Origin: Polyangiaceae bacterium
Lineage (GTDB): Bacteria; Myxococcota_A; Polyangia; Polyangiales; Polyangiaceae
Assembly: GCA_050287085.1 (NCBI GenBank)
Contig: JBNKBE010000004.1
Span: 1 to 64,000, forward strand
Reading direction: 5' to 3'
DNA length: 64,000 nucleotides
A program made the position numbers and the translations under genes. Below, piece by piece: positions 9,511-19,050 of this stretch. The notes below the pieces were generated by a model, which worked only from the letters and a program-made list of their open reading frames with translations, had not been told where the DNA came from and ran no database searches. Numbering within the stretch: the stretch's first letter is position 1; each line of letters begins with the position of its first letter.

Positions 9511-10110
9511 TCAGAACGGGAGGCGCCCTTCGCAATCGTTGTTGCCTTTTTGACAATCGCCGCCGCGCAGATCCGTGGGATCTTCTACCGTAGTGCCCGC
9601 CTTCACGCAGTAGGACCCAACTAGCTCCTTCTTCCCGAGCCCAAGGTCGTCGACCAACTCCTCACAACTGAAGCCACTTGGGCATTCGCAGAATGGCGCT
9701 TTGCTTGAGGCAGGGCCGTCGCAGCGGCAAGAGCAATAGACGGCATCGGAAGCGGAGCGTTCCTTCAGCTGGGCGGGCACGGCAACCGTAACGTTCTCTG
9801 TGTAGTCGGGAAGCTGACACTCCCGGTCATCGCCCATGGGGCGCTGGTTGGGGTCGGGCTGGCCGTAGGGGCAGCTGACACGCCCCTTGAAGTTGTTGAC
9901 CAGGCAAATGCGGGTCTCGCACTGGAACGAGCGGCTCTCCACGTTGACCTCCTCTTTGGCGAAACCCGCGAACCCCGGGACGAACTCGTCCTCTGGAATA
10001 CACGGATCTCCCACGCCTTCGTCCGTGCAGCCAAAGACGCTGACACTGAGCAGGGCCACCAACGCGAGGTGAGCGACGCTAAGGGGGAGGAGACGAGAGG
10101 CTCTGTTCAT
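9511..10110 (-). CDS. Cys-rich lipoprotein, GltK/CglC-like
   Basis: Lipobox VFG-C; VGDPC...SFQCETRIC...YCSCRC pattern resembling CglC; 14 Cys after the lipidated Cys; glt context. Confidence 0.6.
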   Translation of the reverse strand: MNRASRLLPLSVAHLALVALLSVSVFGCTDEGVGDPCIPEDEFVPGFAGFAKEEVNVESRSFQCETRICLVNNFKGRVSCPYGQPDPNQRPMGDDRECQLPDYTENVTVAVPAQLKERSASDAVYCSCRCDGPASSKAPFCECPSGFSCEELVDDLGLGKKELVGSYCVKAGTTVEDPTDLRGGDCQKGNNDCEGRLPF

Positions 10111-10469
10111 AATTCCTACTTCTCAAGAATCAATTCGGCGGACGCTAACAAGTTCATAGCCAAGCCCCACGTTACACCGACCCGCCTCACTACGATCGAC
10201 CCGACGTCGTTGGGCGCTGTCGCTCGCGAGGCGTCACGTGGGCCTCCTGAGTGAACTGTCGGGAAGCTAGTCGACGACAGCTCGGATAGCAATCCGAAAA
10301 CCGGTGCTGGGGGGACGCTCCAGAACGCAAGAGCGGAGCCGTAGGGAGCTCGCGTGCGGCACACCAGTGTCGGAGTAATTCTCCGGGCTCACTGACTCAT
10401 CACCAGTCTCGGAGACGGCCGCCACCCGTGACAGAATTTTTCTCAATGCGGGACGTTGGGAAACCTTCC

Positions 10470-10499
10470 TTGACAATGCAAAGGCCCGATATCTAACAT
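10470..10499 (+). promoter_or_regulatory. Sigma-70-type promoter candidate facing gltC
   Basis: TTGACA-18 nt-TAACAT in an AT-richer patch. Confidence 0.55.
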
Positions 10500-10682
10500 C
10501 CGCCGCCTACGTAGTTCTATCTACGCGTTCTTATTCGAATTTTTGGTTTCCGATGGCGTTGCTTGCCGCTGCGGCGCCTGGGTTATTGCGGTCTTGATGG
10601 GAACTTGGAGGTTCGCCCGCCCAACAGTCCAGACAAATCGTCGCACTCCTCTCGCGTCTCGCAAGCGCATTGTCTCACAAGA

Positions 10683-10777
10683 CATTGCGGTCGCCTAACG
10701 CCGTGGTCGCTCAACGCAGTCACCGCAGTGGTTGCCCAGCGCCGTGGTCGCTCAGCGCAGTGGTTGCCCAGCGCAGT
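10683..10777. repeat. Degenerate 16-bp tandem repeat (CGCMGTGGTYGCYCAG)
   Basis: Units at 10699, 10724, 10740 and 10756, plus degenerate or partial flanking copies. Confidence 0.8.
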
Positions 10778-11340
10778 TGCACCGGGTGCCAAGCGCGCCG
10801 GCTACGGCGCGGCGGGAGGGGAATCGGGACGGGAAGCTGCACGCGGGGGCGGCTCTAGTTCGTGTTCGATGCGGCTTGTTCCTCCTCTAGGGTGGGGGCG
10901 TGGGGCTCTGGCTGAGCCAAACCTTGTAGGACCCAACCTGATATGACGGAGCCGGGCGGTAGGTGAGTCGACCAAGAAATGCACCAGAGCGGGTGACTAA
11001 GGCGTGTGGATGCGTGACGAAGTGATGATGGTGATGCGAAGGGCCGAGGCTACGGTTCGTGGCAGGCGGGGAGCTCCCGTGTTCCTTTCGCTGCGTGGCA
11101 GAGCAGATGTGCGACCGCAGCGGCTGTCGGGCCGTTCAGGACGGCGAGCTAGTCTGTGCGATGTATCGCACCATGAAGTGGATGGCCGGCAGGCATATGT
11201 CGGCGAAAGTGAGCGCCAATAGAATTGCTAGGGCACGCGGAGGCCTGTGATAGCCGCTGTGGCAAGTGCACGCGGTGGTTTCATCTCCGGGTACCAGAAA
11301 GAACGTCAAGTGAGCTTTGAGTTGCTGAAAGTGAGGTCCA

Positions 11341-13038
11341 ATGTTGCGTAAGCGCGTGGTCAATGTGTGTGTGCTGGCATCAGCCATGTTTGTGGGGTCG
11401 GCGTTCCACGGCGAGAGCGCTATGGCTCAGGGCCAAGTGATCGACCTGGATGACGAGGAGGGCGACGAGCCCGAGGACGACGGCGGACAGGCGGCTGTGG
11501 TAGCGGGGCAGATGACACAAGCCGCCACCAACGCCAAAGCGCTGTTCGACAAGCAACGTTGGGGCGATGCGGCGTTGGCGTTGCACCAGGTCGTTTCCGG
11601 CCAGAGCGGTGACGACCCAGGCAACCAACAGCTGGCGCAGTACTGGCTCGCCATTACCCTCTACCGGCTGAAGTTTTACCAGGCCTCGTACTCGATGTTC
11701 GGGTTCATTGCGAACAACCGAAATCATCTGAAGCATGGCCAGACCCTGCTCTGGCTGTCGAAGCTAGCAACTCAGCTGCCTGAGCCGGCAGGTATCATCG
11801 ATAGCGTTGGAAAGTACGGTGACTCCGACCTTGCTCGGTTCAACAACGAGCAGCAACGAGACCTGTATTTTCAGCTCAACTACATGCTGGGGCGCTACAA
11901 GTACCAGCACGACAAGGCGTACGAGGATGCCATTCGGCTATTTAGTCGGGTTCAGCCGAGCAGCAAACACTACGTGCATGCGCAGTTCTTCAGTGGCGTA
12001 AGCTATGTGCAGCTGCGGCAGAGCGTTCCTGCCGTCAAGGCGTTTCAGCGAATCGAAACCGCGCTGGACGAAGGCGTGGAGGGCGTTGAGGATGAGGACC
12101 GCATGCGGGATCTCGCCTATCTTTCGCAGGCGCGAACCTACTATTCGGCATCGATTCGTCTCGATCCGGAGACCAACGCGCCGAGTGTTGATACCCAGAA
12201 GCTGAGCGCCGCCGTCAAGTATTGGGACCTTGTCGACGTGACGAGCGAGTACTGGCTCGACGCGCTATTCGAAGAGTCTTGGGCCTACTACATGGCAGGC
12301 TCCTATCCGCAGGCACTTGGGAACATCCACACCATCCGGGCGCCGTACTTTCCAGGGTCGTTCTACCCCGAGGCCGAGATCCTTAAGGCAGTTATCTACT
12401 TCCAGAACTGCAACTACGAGGCGGCGACGACGGTCGTGGCTCGCTTCAATCAACGCTACGTGCCCATTCGCGACGAGCTGAAGAAGGTCCTCGCGAGCTA
12501 CGAGGGGGAGGACAAGGCTGAGGCCTTCTACAAGTTCCTTCTCACCGTTCGTGGCGGCACCGCCGACCTCAACCCCGCGATCAAGGGCATCGTCGAGGAC
12601 TCGCTCAGCGACCGCCAGCTGCTGCGGAATATCCAGTACGTCAAACAGCTGGATGAGGAACTCGCGCACTTCAAGAAGTCACCGGGCGGCTTCCGGACCT
12701 CGGGGCTTGGTCAATACATCCAAGATCGTCTTGGTGAGGCCCGCCAGATTGCCGTCAACAATGCGGGCAACTTGGCGAAGTCGCGCTACCGCCGTTTCAT
12801 CACGGAGCTTGAAGAGCACCTTCGAAACGGAGACAAGATCCTAATTGATATCACGGCCGCACAACGAAACCTCCTGGACGAAAAGCTCAAGGCAGGACTC
12901 GTGAGCAAGGCGGACTCGCAGATCTATGGCGTTGTCGAGCCTGACGAGGAACATGTCCTCTGGCCGTTCAATGGCGAGTTCTGGCGTGATGAACTCGGTT
13001 TCTACCGACAGGTGGTTCAGTCGACCTGCGGGAGGTGA
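11341..13038 (+). CDS. gltC: Gliding motility periplasmic TPR protein GltC
   Basis: Signal peptide, TPR-like helices, DALFEESWA, ALGNIHTI..P.F...FYPEA and C-terminal WPFNGEFWRDELG.Y typical of GltC. Confidence 0.82.
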   Translation: MLRKRVVNVCVLASAMFVGSAFHGESAMAQGQVIDLDDEEGDEPEDDGGQAAVVAGQMTQAATNAKALFDKQRWGDAALALHQVVSGQSGDDPGNQQLAQYWLAITLYRLKFYQASYSMFGFIANNRNHLKHGQTLLWLSKLATQLPEPAGIIDSVGKYGDSDLARFNNEQQRDLYFQLNYMLGRYKYQHDKAYEDAIRLFSRVQPSSKHYVHAQFFSGVSYVQLRQSVPAVKAFQRIETALDEGVEGVEDEDRMRDLAYLSQARTYYSASIRLDPETNAPSVDTQKLSAAVKYWDLVDVTSEYWLDALFEESWAYYMAGSYPQALGNIHTIRAPYFPGSFYPEAEILKAVIYFQNCNYEAATTVVARFNQRYVPIRDELKKVLASYEGEDKAEAFYKFLLTVRGGTADLNPAIKGIVEDSLSDRQLLRNIQYVKQLDEELAHFKKSPGGFRTSGLGQYIQDRLGEARQIAVNNAGNLAKSRYRRFITELEEHLRNGDKILIDITAAQRNLLDEKLKAGLVSKADSQIYGVVEPDEEHVLWPFNGEFWRDELGFYRQVVQSTCGR

Positions 13039-13040
13039 AA

Positions 13041-16000
13041 ATGAAGCAAGCTCGAACCATTTCCGTATTTCTCACGCTCATCGCGACCACGTTTGCTGCG
13101 GGATCGGCCTTGGCCGACGGCATTGCGGCGCAGCGTGCGGGGGAAAAGCTAGACAACCAATGCATCGCCAACGAGTCGTATCAGGCGGTCGAAAGTTGCC
13201 CTACTGGGCCGAAGGAGTTTGGCGGCAAGGACCGCCACAAGGCAGCCTTCCGGACGGCACCGCCGCCGCGTGAGGTCAAGAAGCGCAACGATTCGCTCAA
13301 GCAGCGTAATGCGAGCGAGTCGATGTCCGCGGGGCAGCGCGATGCGCGTCGGACGCGCCTGCAGGCCCGTTCCCGCGCGTTGTTGATCACAGAGATCAGC
13401 GGCCTGGAGCGTCTCAATCGCTCCACCAAGAAGAAGAGCAAGGACCGACCTCAGCTCATCCGCCGCCTCGCGGAGGGCTACGTTGAGCTCGGCGCGGCCG
13501 CCAATCGCGATATGGTCGAGGCTCAGATCAAGGCCGACGACGCCAAGGCGAAGAAGCAGCGCAACACCTACAACAAGGCCAAGAGCGAGGAAACCAAGGC
13601 CAAGAAGATCCTCGCTGCCGCTCGCAAGAAGGCCATTCATTACTACGAGGTAATGAAGGACGACTACCCGAAGTACTCGAAGCTGGATGAGGTGTTGTAT
13701 TACCTCGCCTACGAGCATGAGCAAGCGGGGCAGCTGGACGAAGCGCGGCGAGTCTATCTTGAGCTCATCGACAAGGCGCCGAAGAGTCAGTACGTCCCGA
13801 ACGCCTACTTGGCGTTTGGTGAGCTGTTCTTCAATGAGGCCATGGCGGATCCTGGCAAGTGGGATCTTGCTGCAACCGCGTACCGCAAGGTAACCGAGTA
13901 CCCGCCGCCCACCAATAAGGTCTATGGCTATGCTCGCTACAAGCTTGCCTATGTGTACTGGAACAGCGAAGAGTATGCGGCTGCGATCGATCAATTCAAG
14001 GAAGTGATCGAGTACGGCGACAAGTACCCCAAGATGCCGAATGCAGCTCAGCTGCAGAAGTCAGCACGTCGGGATCTGGTGCCGGTGTACGCCGTTGCGG
14101 GCAGTCCGAAGCGTGCCTACAACTTCTTCAAGCCGCTCAGCGGGGACAAGTCGGGCAGCAACGAAGCAACGCTCGACATGCTCAACGATCTCGGCTTGGC
14201 GTATATGGATACCGGGCACTACCCGGAGGGCATTGAGCTCTACGAAGACCTGATGACCCGCGATCAAGGTGATCGCTTCTGCGAGTACCAAACGCAGATC
14301 TCTCAGGCGATTCAAGCGATGAGCGCGAATGACAAGATTCGCATCAAGAAAGAGCTTGATGAGCAGCTCAAGGTTCGCGCCGACTTCTCGGCAGGCAAGC
14401 ACTCGAAGGAGTCTATCCTGAAGTGCGACAATCGTACGGCGGAGCTCCTGGCTGAGTCTGCCATGAGCTGGCACCTTGAAGCGGTGGGTACTGGAGGCAC
14501 TCGCGGCACGGGCGACAAGGAAACGATGCGTCTGGCCTCGTACCTCTACCAGAAGGTCGTCGATACCTTTACGCCGGCGGACTTCGAGGTCTTCGAGTTC
14601 CCTCGCATCGTCAAGGAGGATTGGCCCAACATCTACAAGATCAAGTACGCGATGGCGGACCTCCTCTACGTGCAAGAGCGCTGGGAGGATTGTGGGCCCG
14701 CATTCGACGCTGTGGTTGAAGCCAATCCAACGGGACCCGAAGCTCCGGAAGCCGCGTATGCGTCGGTGCTTTGCTACCAGAAGATGTACGACCAGACGCA
14801 CAAGGGCGATGAGGACAAGCAGGGGTCTGGAAACGGACCTGACAATGCCCGCATCGACGAGAGCGAACGGGGCCAGTGGGAGAAGTTCAAGCCCAAGGAT
14901 TTCTCTGACACCCAGAAGGGTATGCTCACGGCGTTCAATCGTTACGTCTGCTATATCAAGCCCGAGAAGGGCAATAAGCAGGCCTATGACCAATACGTCG
15001 AGGTCAAGTACGCGCGCGCCCGCACGTATTTCGAGGCACAGCACTGGGAGGAGGCAGCCGTCATCTTCCGCGATATCGCGCTGAACCATGCTGACCACGA
15101 CTCAGCCATCTACGCAGCGCAGCTCTATCTCGAGAGCATCAACGTGATCGGTTCCAAGACGGAGCCGCCGCGTCCCGAATGCTTCACCGATATGGGCGAC
15201 GACGTACCGGCGTTCTTGGAACTGTACTGCGGCGCTGACAAGTACGAGGACAACAAGGAACAGTGTGATCTGCTTACCCGCATCGAATGCGACGTTAAAC
15301 GCCTTCGAGCGGAGAAGATCGTTGAGCTGGCCGACAAGGGCGGCAAGGACTCGCTCGAGAAGTACAAAGAGGCTGGCGATCAATATATCGCGATGTGGCG
15401 TGAGTACGGCGAGCAGCAGTTGGCGTCTGGACAAGAAGCTGGCTGTGGCAAGATGGACGAAGTCCTCTACAACGCAGCCCAGGCCTATCAGGCGGGAAGA
15501 CTGCTGGCGAAAGCCATCCGCGTTCGGCAGATTCTGCTGAGTCCACGTTACAACCTCCACGAGACCGAGCTGGCGCAGAAGTCGATCTACGCGCTGGGGC
15601 GGAACTATCAGGCGATCGCCGTCTACGACGCAGCGGCAGGCTTCCTCACGAAGTACGCCGAGGCAACGAAGTACAAGGGCGAGAACGCGGACCTGGCGCT
15701 GAGCGACGCAGTCGTCCTCAATCTCGGACTTGGGCTAGACGACAAGGCGATTGAGGCTGCTGGTGCGTTCAATCGGAACTTCGGACGGCGCAAGCCAAAA
15801 CAAGCCGCCCAAATCGCGTTCGCGATTGCGGCCCACTACGCCGAAAAGGGCGACTGGGCTGAGGTGCAGAAGAAGCTCAGCGGAAGCGCGGTGCGCCTCA
15901 TCGATAAAGAAGCGACGCTGGACGTCAAGGTACAGGCTCACGCCTTGCTTGCGAAGGCCAGTGGCGAGCTCAAGTCTGATACGACGGCTAGTCGCGAATA

Positions 16001-16763
16001 CGGCAAGGTAGTCGGCGCTTGGCAAGACGATCCGAAGAAGGCCGCTGCGCAGATCGAGAGCATCGAAGGCGAGAGTTCGGCAGCAAAGCAGCGACGATTG
16101 GGTCGCGCTCTAACGGCTGTCGGCGAAGCTCTCTTCTACTTTGCAGAAAAGAAGCGCGACAAGGTCAACGCCGTGAAGTTTCCTGCCTACAAAGGAAACG
16201 GGACCAAGGACGATGTCGTCAAGCACATCAACACCAAGGTCAAGGACTGGATTGGCAAGAAGAAGCCGCTGATCGACGATGCGAGTGCCGAGTATAAGAA
16301 GATCGTCGACCTGCAGCCTGTTCCGCCGCCGCAGTGGGTCATTGCCGGTGGTGCCCGGGTAGGTGAGATGTGGGCGACCTTCGTCAGCGAGTTCCGAGCC
16401 GCACCGATACCGAAGTCGATGCAGCAGGATTACGAGATTCGCACGGCATACTACGGTGCTCTGGACGACGCGTCCGAACCGCTCAAGCAGATCGGCAAGA
16501 GCGCATACAAGACCTGTCTCGAGTATTCGGTAACGTATCAGTACTTCGACAAGTTTTCTCGTGAGTGCGAGAAGTGGCTCGCGGAGAACTACAAGGCGGA
16601 GTTCCACCTGATCGACGAGTTCAGTGGAGCACCAAACCGGGTTAATAGCGTGCTCAAGGAAAAGCCGTACCCACTCAATCCGGATGGTACGCCGCTGATC
16701 ATCATCAATGAGCCGGCCGCGGAAGCCTCCACGGGCGACGGCCAGAGCAAGAAGGAGAAGTGA
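13041..16763 (+). CDS. gltD: Gliding motility TPR protein GltD (AgmU-like); alternative GTG start 13035
   Basis: GGAGGT RBS; signal peptide; two TPR clusters (YPKYSKLDEVLYYLA...); AgmU-like C-terminus WVIAGGARVG...AAPIP...EPLK; precedes gltE/F/G-like genes. Confidence 0.78.
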   Translation: MKQARTISVFLTLIATTFAAGSALADGIAAQRAGEKLDNQCIANESYQAVESCPTGPKEFGGKDRHKAAFRTAPPPREVKKRNDSLKQRNASESMSAGQRDARRTRLQARSRALLITEISGLERLNRSTKKKSKDRPQLIRRLAEGYVELGAAANRDMVEAQIKADDAKAKKQRNTYNKAKSEETKAKKILAAARKKAIHYYEVMKDDYPKYSKLDEVLYYLAYEHEQAGQLDEARRVYLELIDKAPKSQYVPNAYLAFGELFFNEAMADPGKWDLAATAYRKVTEYPPPTNKVYGYARYKLAYVYWNSEEYAAAIDQFKEVIEYGDKYPKMPNAAQLQKSARRDLVPVYAVAGSPKRAYNFFKPLSGDKSGSNEATLDMLNDLGLAYMDTGHYPEGIELYEDLMTRDQGDRFCEYQTQISQAIQAMSANDKIRIKKELDEQLKVRADFSAGKHSKESILKCDNRTAELLAESAMSWHLEAVGTGGTRGTGDKETMRLASYLYQKVVDTFTPADFEVFEFPRIVKEDWPNIYKIKYAMADLLYVQERWEDCGPAFDAVVEANPTGPEAPEAAYASVLCYQKMYDQTHKGDEDKQGSGNGPDNARIDESERGQWEKFKPKDFSDTQKGMLTAFNRYVCYIKPEKGNKQAYDQYVEVKYARARTYFEAQHWEEAAVIFRDIALNHADHDSAIYAAQLYLESINVIGSKTEPPRPECFTDMGDDVPAFLELYCGADKYEDNKEQCDLLTRIECDVKRLRAEKIVELADKGGKDSLEKYKEAGDQYIAMWREYGEQQLASGQEAGCGKMDEVLYNAAQAYQAGRLLAKAIRVRQILLSPRYNLHETELAQKSIYALGRNYQAIAVYDAAAGFLTKYAEATKYKGENADLALSDAVVLNLGLGLDDKAIEAAGAFNRNFGRRKPKQAAQIAFAIAAHYAEKGDWAEVQKKLSGSAVRLIDKEATLDVKVQAHALLAKASGELKSDTTASREYGKVVGAWQDDPKKAAAQIESIEGESSAAKQRRLGRALTAVGEALFYFAEKKRDKVNAVKFPAYKGNGTKDDVVKHINTKVKDWIGKKKPLIDDASAEYKKIVDLQPVPPPQWVIAGGARVGEMWATFVSEFRAAPIPKSMQQDYEIRTAYYGALDDASEPLKQIGKSAYKTCLEYSVTYQYFDKFSRECEKWLAENYKAEFHLIDEFSGAPNRVNSVLKEKPYPLNPDGTPLIIINEPAAEASTGDGQSKKEK

Positions 16764-16767
16764 GCCA

Positions 16768-18360
16768 ATGACCTCGCGTAAACTATCAGCACTCGCATTG
16801 GGTCCGTTGCTTCTTGCTTGGGCCTGCGGCGGCAGCGGCTCGGAAGCTAAGAACCCGGGCAGCGCCAAGAAGGACGGCGAGAAAGTCGTCGTCAGCAAGG
16901 CGGCCGAGAAGGCGCATCGCAACGCACTGGCCGAGTTCGTCAAGCACGAGACGGCGTCGGATTGGAGCGAGAAGTCATGTCGCTCCGTTGCGGCTGACTT
17001 CATCGCGGCCAATAAGGAGCAGATGAGCGCCATCGGGGCTCCGCTGCCAGCTTCTCTGTACAACGCGGGTGTGGCGTACATGCGCTGCGACCTGGAGAAG
17101 GAGGCGGTGGAGCAGTTCCAGGCGGCCAGTGCTGCTGACCGCGACTTCCACCGCGGGCGGGCGCAGATGGTCTTGTTCGACTACGACAAGACCAACGACA
17201 TCGACACCGCGATCTCCAAGTTGGAGACCGTGATCCGAGACGCGAAGTTCCAGAACGTCGAGGCCCTCGTCAGTGTCGCCGCATTGCAGATGCAGCGGGA
17301 CAGCGATCAGAGCACCGACGATGGTGGAAACGACTTCGAACGGGCCAAGAAGAATATTCAACGAGCCCTGGCGATCGACGACAACTTCATGCCGGCGTTC
17401 AATCAGTTGGCGACCTACTACATGGAGATGGCCCGCAAGAACGCCGGCTCCAAGGGGCGCCGGGGTCTGGCCGTAGCGGGCGCGCGAAAGGCCAAGGTCA
17501 ACCAGCAGCAGCTGGAACTTGCGGCGCTGGTGGCTGCACAAGGGGTGTTGAAGAATGGACGCTACGCGCCGATTCACAATACCGCCGGCCTGATCCAGGT
17601 TCAGATGAACAACTACAACGGCGCGGTGAAGAGCTTCGCTACCGCCCGTAGCCTGGATCCGAAGTTCTTCGAGGCGCACATGAACTACGCGGCCTTGAAC
17701 CTGTCATTTCGCGGGTTCAAGGAAGCGGAGGTCGCGTATGCGGAAGCGATCAAGTTGCAGCCGGCCGAGTACGAGGCGCATCTCGGCCTTGCCCTAGCGA
17801 TTCGTGGGCAAATCGATGACGCCAACTTCGACGACTATGTCGCCAAGGCTCAGGCCGAGCTCAACAAGTGCAAGGAGCTCGACGGTGGAAGGCCTGAGGC
17901 CTATTACAACGAGGCGATTCTGACGCAGGAGTTCCGCTCTAAGACGACGGGCGATCCTCTCAAGTCTATCCCGACACTCGAAGAGGCAGTCGCTCAGTAC
18001 GAGGCGTTCATTGCGAAGGCCGGGTCTGACTCGCAGTTCGAGGAAGCGGTGAAGCGCTCCAAGGACCGCGTTCAGGATATTCGGGATACCATTACGTTCC
18101 TCGTAGAAGGCGAGAAGGCGCGCGTCGAGCAGGAGAAGCTTGATGCGCAAATGAAAGCCGAGGAAGAGGAACGCCTGAAGCAAGAAGAGGCGGACAAGAA
18201 GGCCGAGGAAGAACGCCTGAAGAAAGAAGCGGACGACAAGGCCGCTGCCGAGAAGGCGGAGGCGGATAAGGCCGCTGCCGAGAAGGCGGAGGCGGATAAG
18301 GCCGCTAACGCGGCCAAGGCCGACGAGAAGCCGGCTGCTGGCGCGGACGGCAAGAAGTAG
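16768..18360 (+). CDS. gltE: Gliding motility TPR lipoprotein GltE (AglT-like) with charged helical tail
   Basis: Lipobox AWA-C; TPRs (APIHNTAG...FFEAHMNYA...); position between gltD and gltF; E/K/A-rich C-terminus. Confidence 0.75.
   Translation: MTSRKLSALALGPLLLAWACGGSGSEAKNPGSAKKDGEKVVVSKAAEKAHRNALAEFVKHETASDWSEKSCRSVAADFIAANKEQMSAIGAPLPASLYNAGVAYMRCDLEKEAVEQFQAASAADRDFHRGRAQMVLFDYDKTNDIDTAISKLETVIRDAKFQNVEALVSVAALQMQRDSDQSTDDGGNDFERAKKNIQRALAIDDNFMPAFNQLATYYMEMARKNAGSKGRRGLAVAGARKAKVNQQQLELAALVAAQGVLKNGRYAPIHNTAGLIQVQMNNYNGAVKSFATARSLDPKFFEAHMNYAALNLSFRGFKEAEVAYAEAIKLQPAEYEAHLGLALAIRGQIDDANFDDYVAKAQAELNKCKELDGGRPEAYYNEAILTQEFRSKTTGDPLKSIPTLEEAVAQYEAFIAKAGSDSQFEEAVKRSKDRVQDIRDTITFLVEGEKARVEQEKLDAQMKAEEEERLKQEEADKKAEEERLKKEADDKAAAEKAEADKAAAEKAEADKAANAAKADEKPAAGADGKK
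18241..18306 (+). repeat. In-frame 30-bp exact duplication (AAAEKAEADK x2) in the gltE tail
   Basis: GCCGCTGCCGAGAAGGCGGAGGCGGATAAG at 18241 and 18271. Confidence 0.9.
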
Positions 18361-18379
18361 TCCGCGACAGTCGCGATAG

Positions 18380-18418
18380 AAAAGTTGGGCGTCGCGTGAA
18401 GGGCGCCCAACTTTTTTT
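18380..18418 (+). terminator. Intrinsic terminator after gltE
   Basis: AAAAGTTGGGCGTC...GGCGCCCAAC followed by TTTTTTT. Confidence 0.85.
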
Positions 18419-18509
18419 GTGCCCTACGGCTAACGACTTTTTCGGAACACGCGCGGCGAGTATGTGTCCAACCCCGTCAAGTGTCTGCTTGCTGCCACGA
18501 GCAAACGCG

Positions 18510-18538
18510 TTGACGCGGGCGCCGGACCCCGATACACC
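18510..18538 (+). promoter_or_regulatory. Possible sigma-70 promoter for gltF-gltG
   Basis: TTGACG-17 nt-TACACC downstream of the gltE terminator. Confidence 0.35.
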
Positions 18539-18616
18539 CTCAGCGGAAACCCCGCCTAGAGTCCGATGGCACCGATTCCGATGGCACGACCGTGCCGCAA
18601 GCTACTGGGAGAAGAC

Positions 18617-18931
18617 ATGGCTGAAGTAATGCAAGCGAGCTCACAAGCGAGTGAAGTGGCTGAAACAACGAGCAGCCGCGCGCGGCGGAGCGTACGCGTT
18701 GGGCTCGTGATGGTGTTGGCTCTTGCGGCCGCGGCCGCTCCGGCGGTTGCCATGGCTCAGGACGACGGCGAGGGCTACGGCTACGAGTTCGAAGATGACC
18801 CGCTGAATGCTGGCGGCTTTGGTCCCAATGACGCAACGATTCGCGTCCGTCCGGCGGCCGCTCGCACAACCTTGATTCGACCTCGGACGACCTTTGTCCC
18901 CGAGATGCTCAAGTCGGTGGAGAACCTCTAG
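18617..18931 (+). CDS. gltF: Small exported gliding protein GltF/CglF-like
   Basis: GGAGAAG RBS; signal peptide AMA-Q; C-terminal LIRPRTTFVPEMLKSVENL matches the CglF-type LI..R..F.PE..KS..NL ending; directly upstream of gltG. Confidence 0.75.
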   Translation: MAEVMQASSQASEVAETTSSRARRSVRVGLVMVLALAAAAAPAVAMAQDDGEGYGYEFEDDPLNAGGFGPNDATIRVRPAAARTTLIRPRTTFVPEMLKSVENL

Positions 18932-19050
18932 AGCGCAGGTTTGCATCAGGGGCGCTGCGATTCGAAGCCGCTTCGGGGGTGCATCGCGCTCGGATTGTGG
19001 CGATCTTTTTCCGCCCTTCATGGGTGAGTTAGTGAAGGAATTCAGTTTTT

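Noticed and set aside
10563..11250. Short ORFs in the gltK-gltC intergenic region
   Set aside because: No recognisable motifs, RBS or codon bias; one simply reads through the 16-bp repeat
18567..18597. Sigma-54 promoter (TGGCAC repeats) upstream of gltF
   Set aside because: GG-to-GC spacing is one base short of the strict -24/-12 spacing
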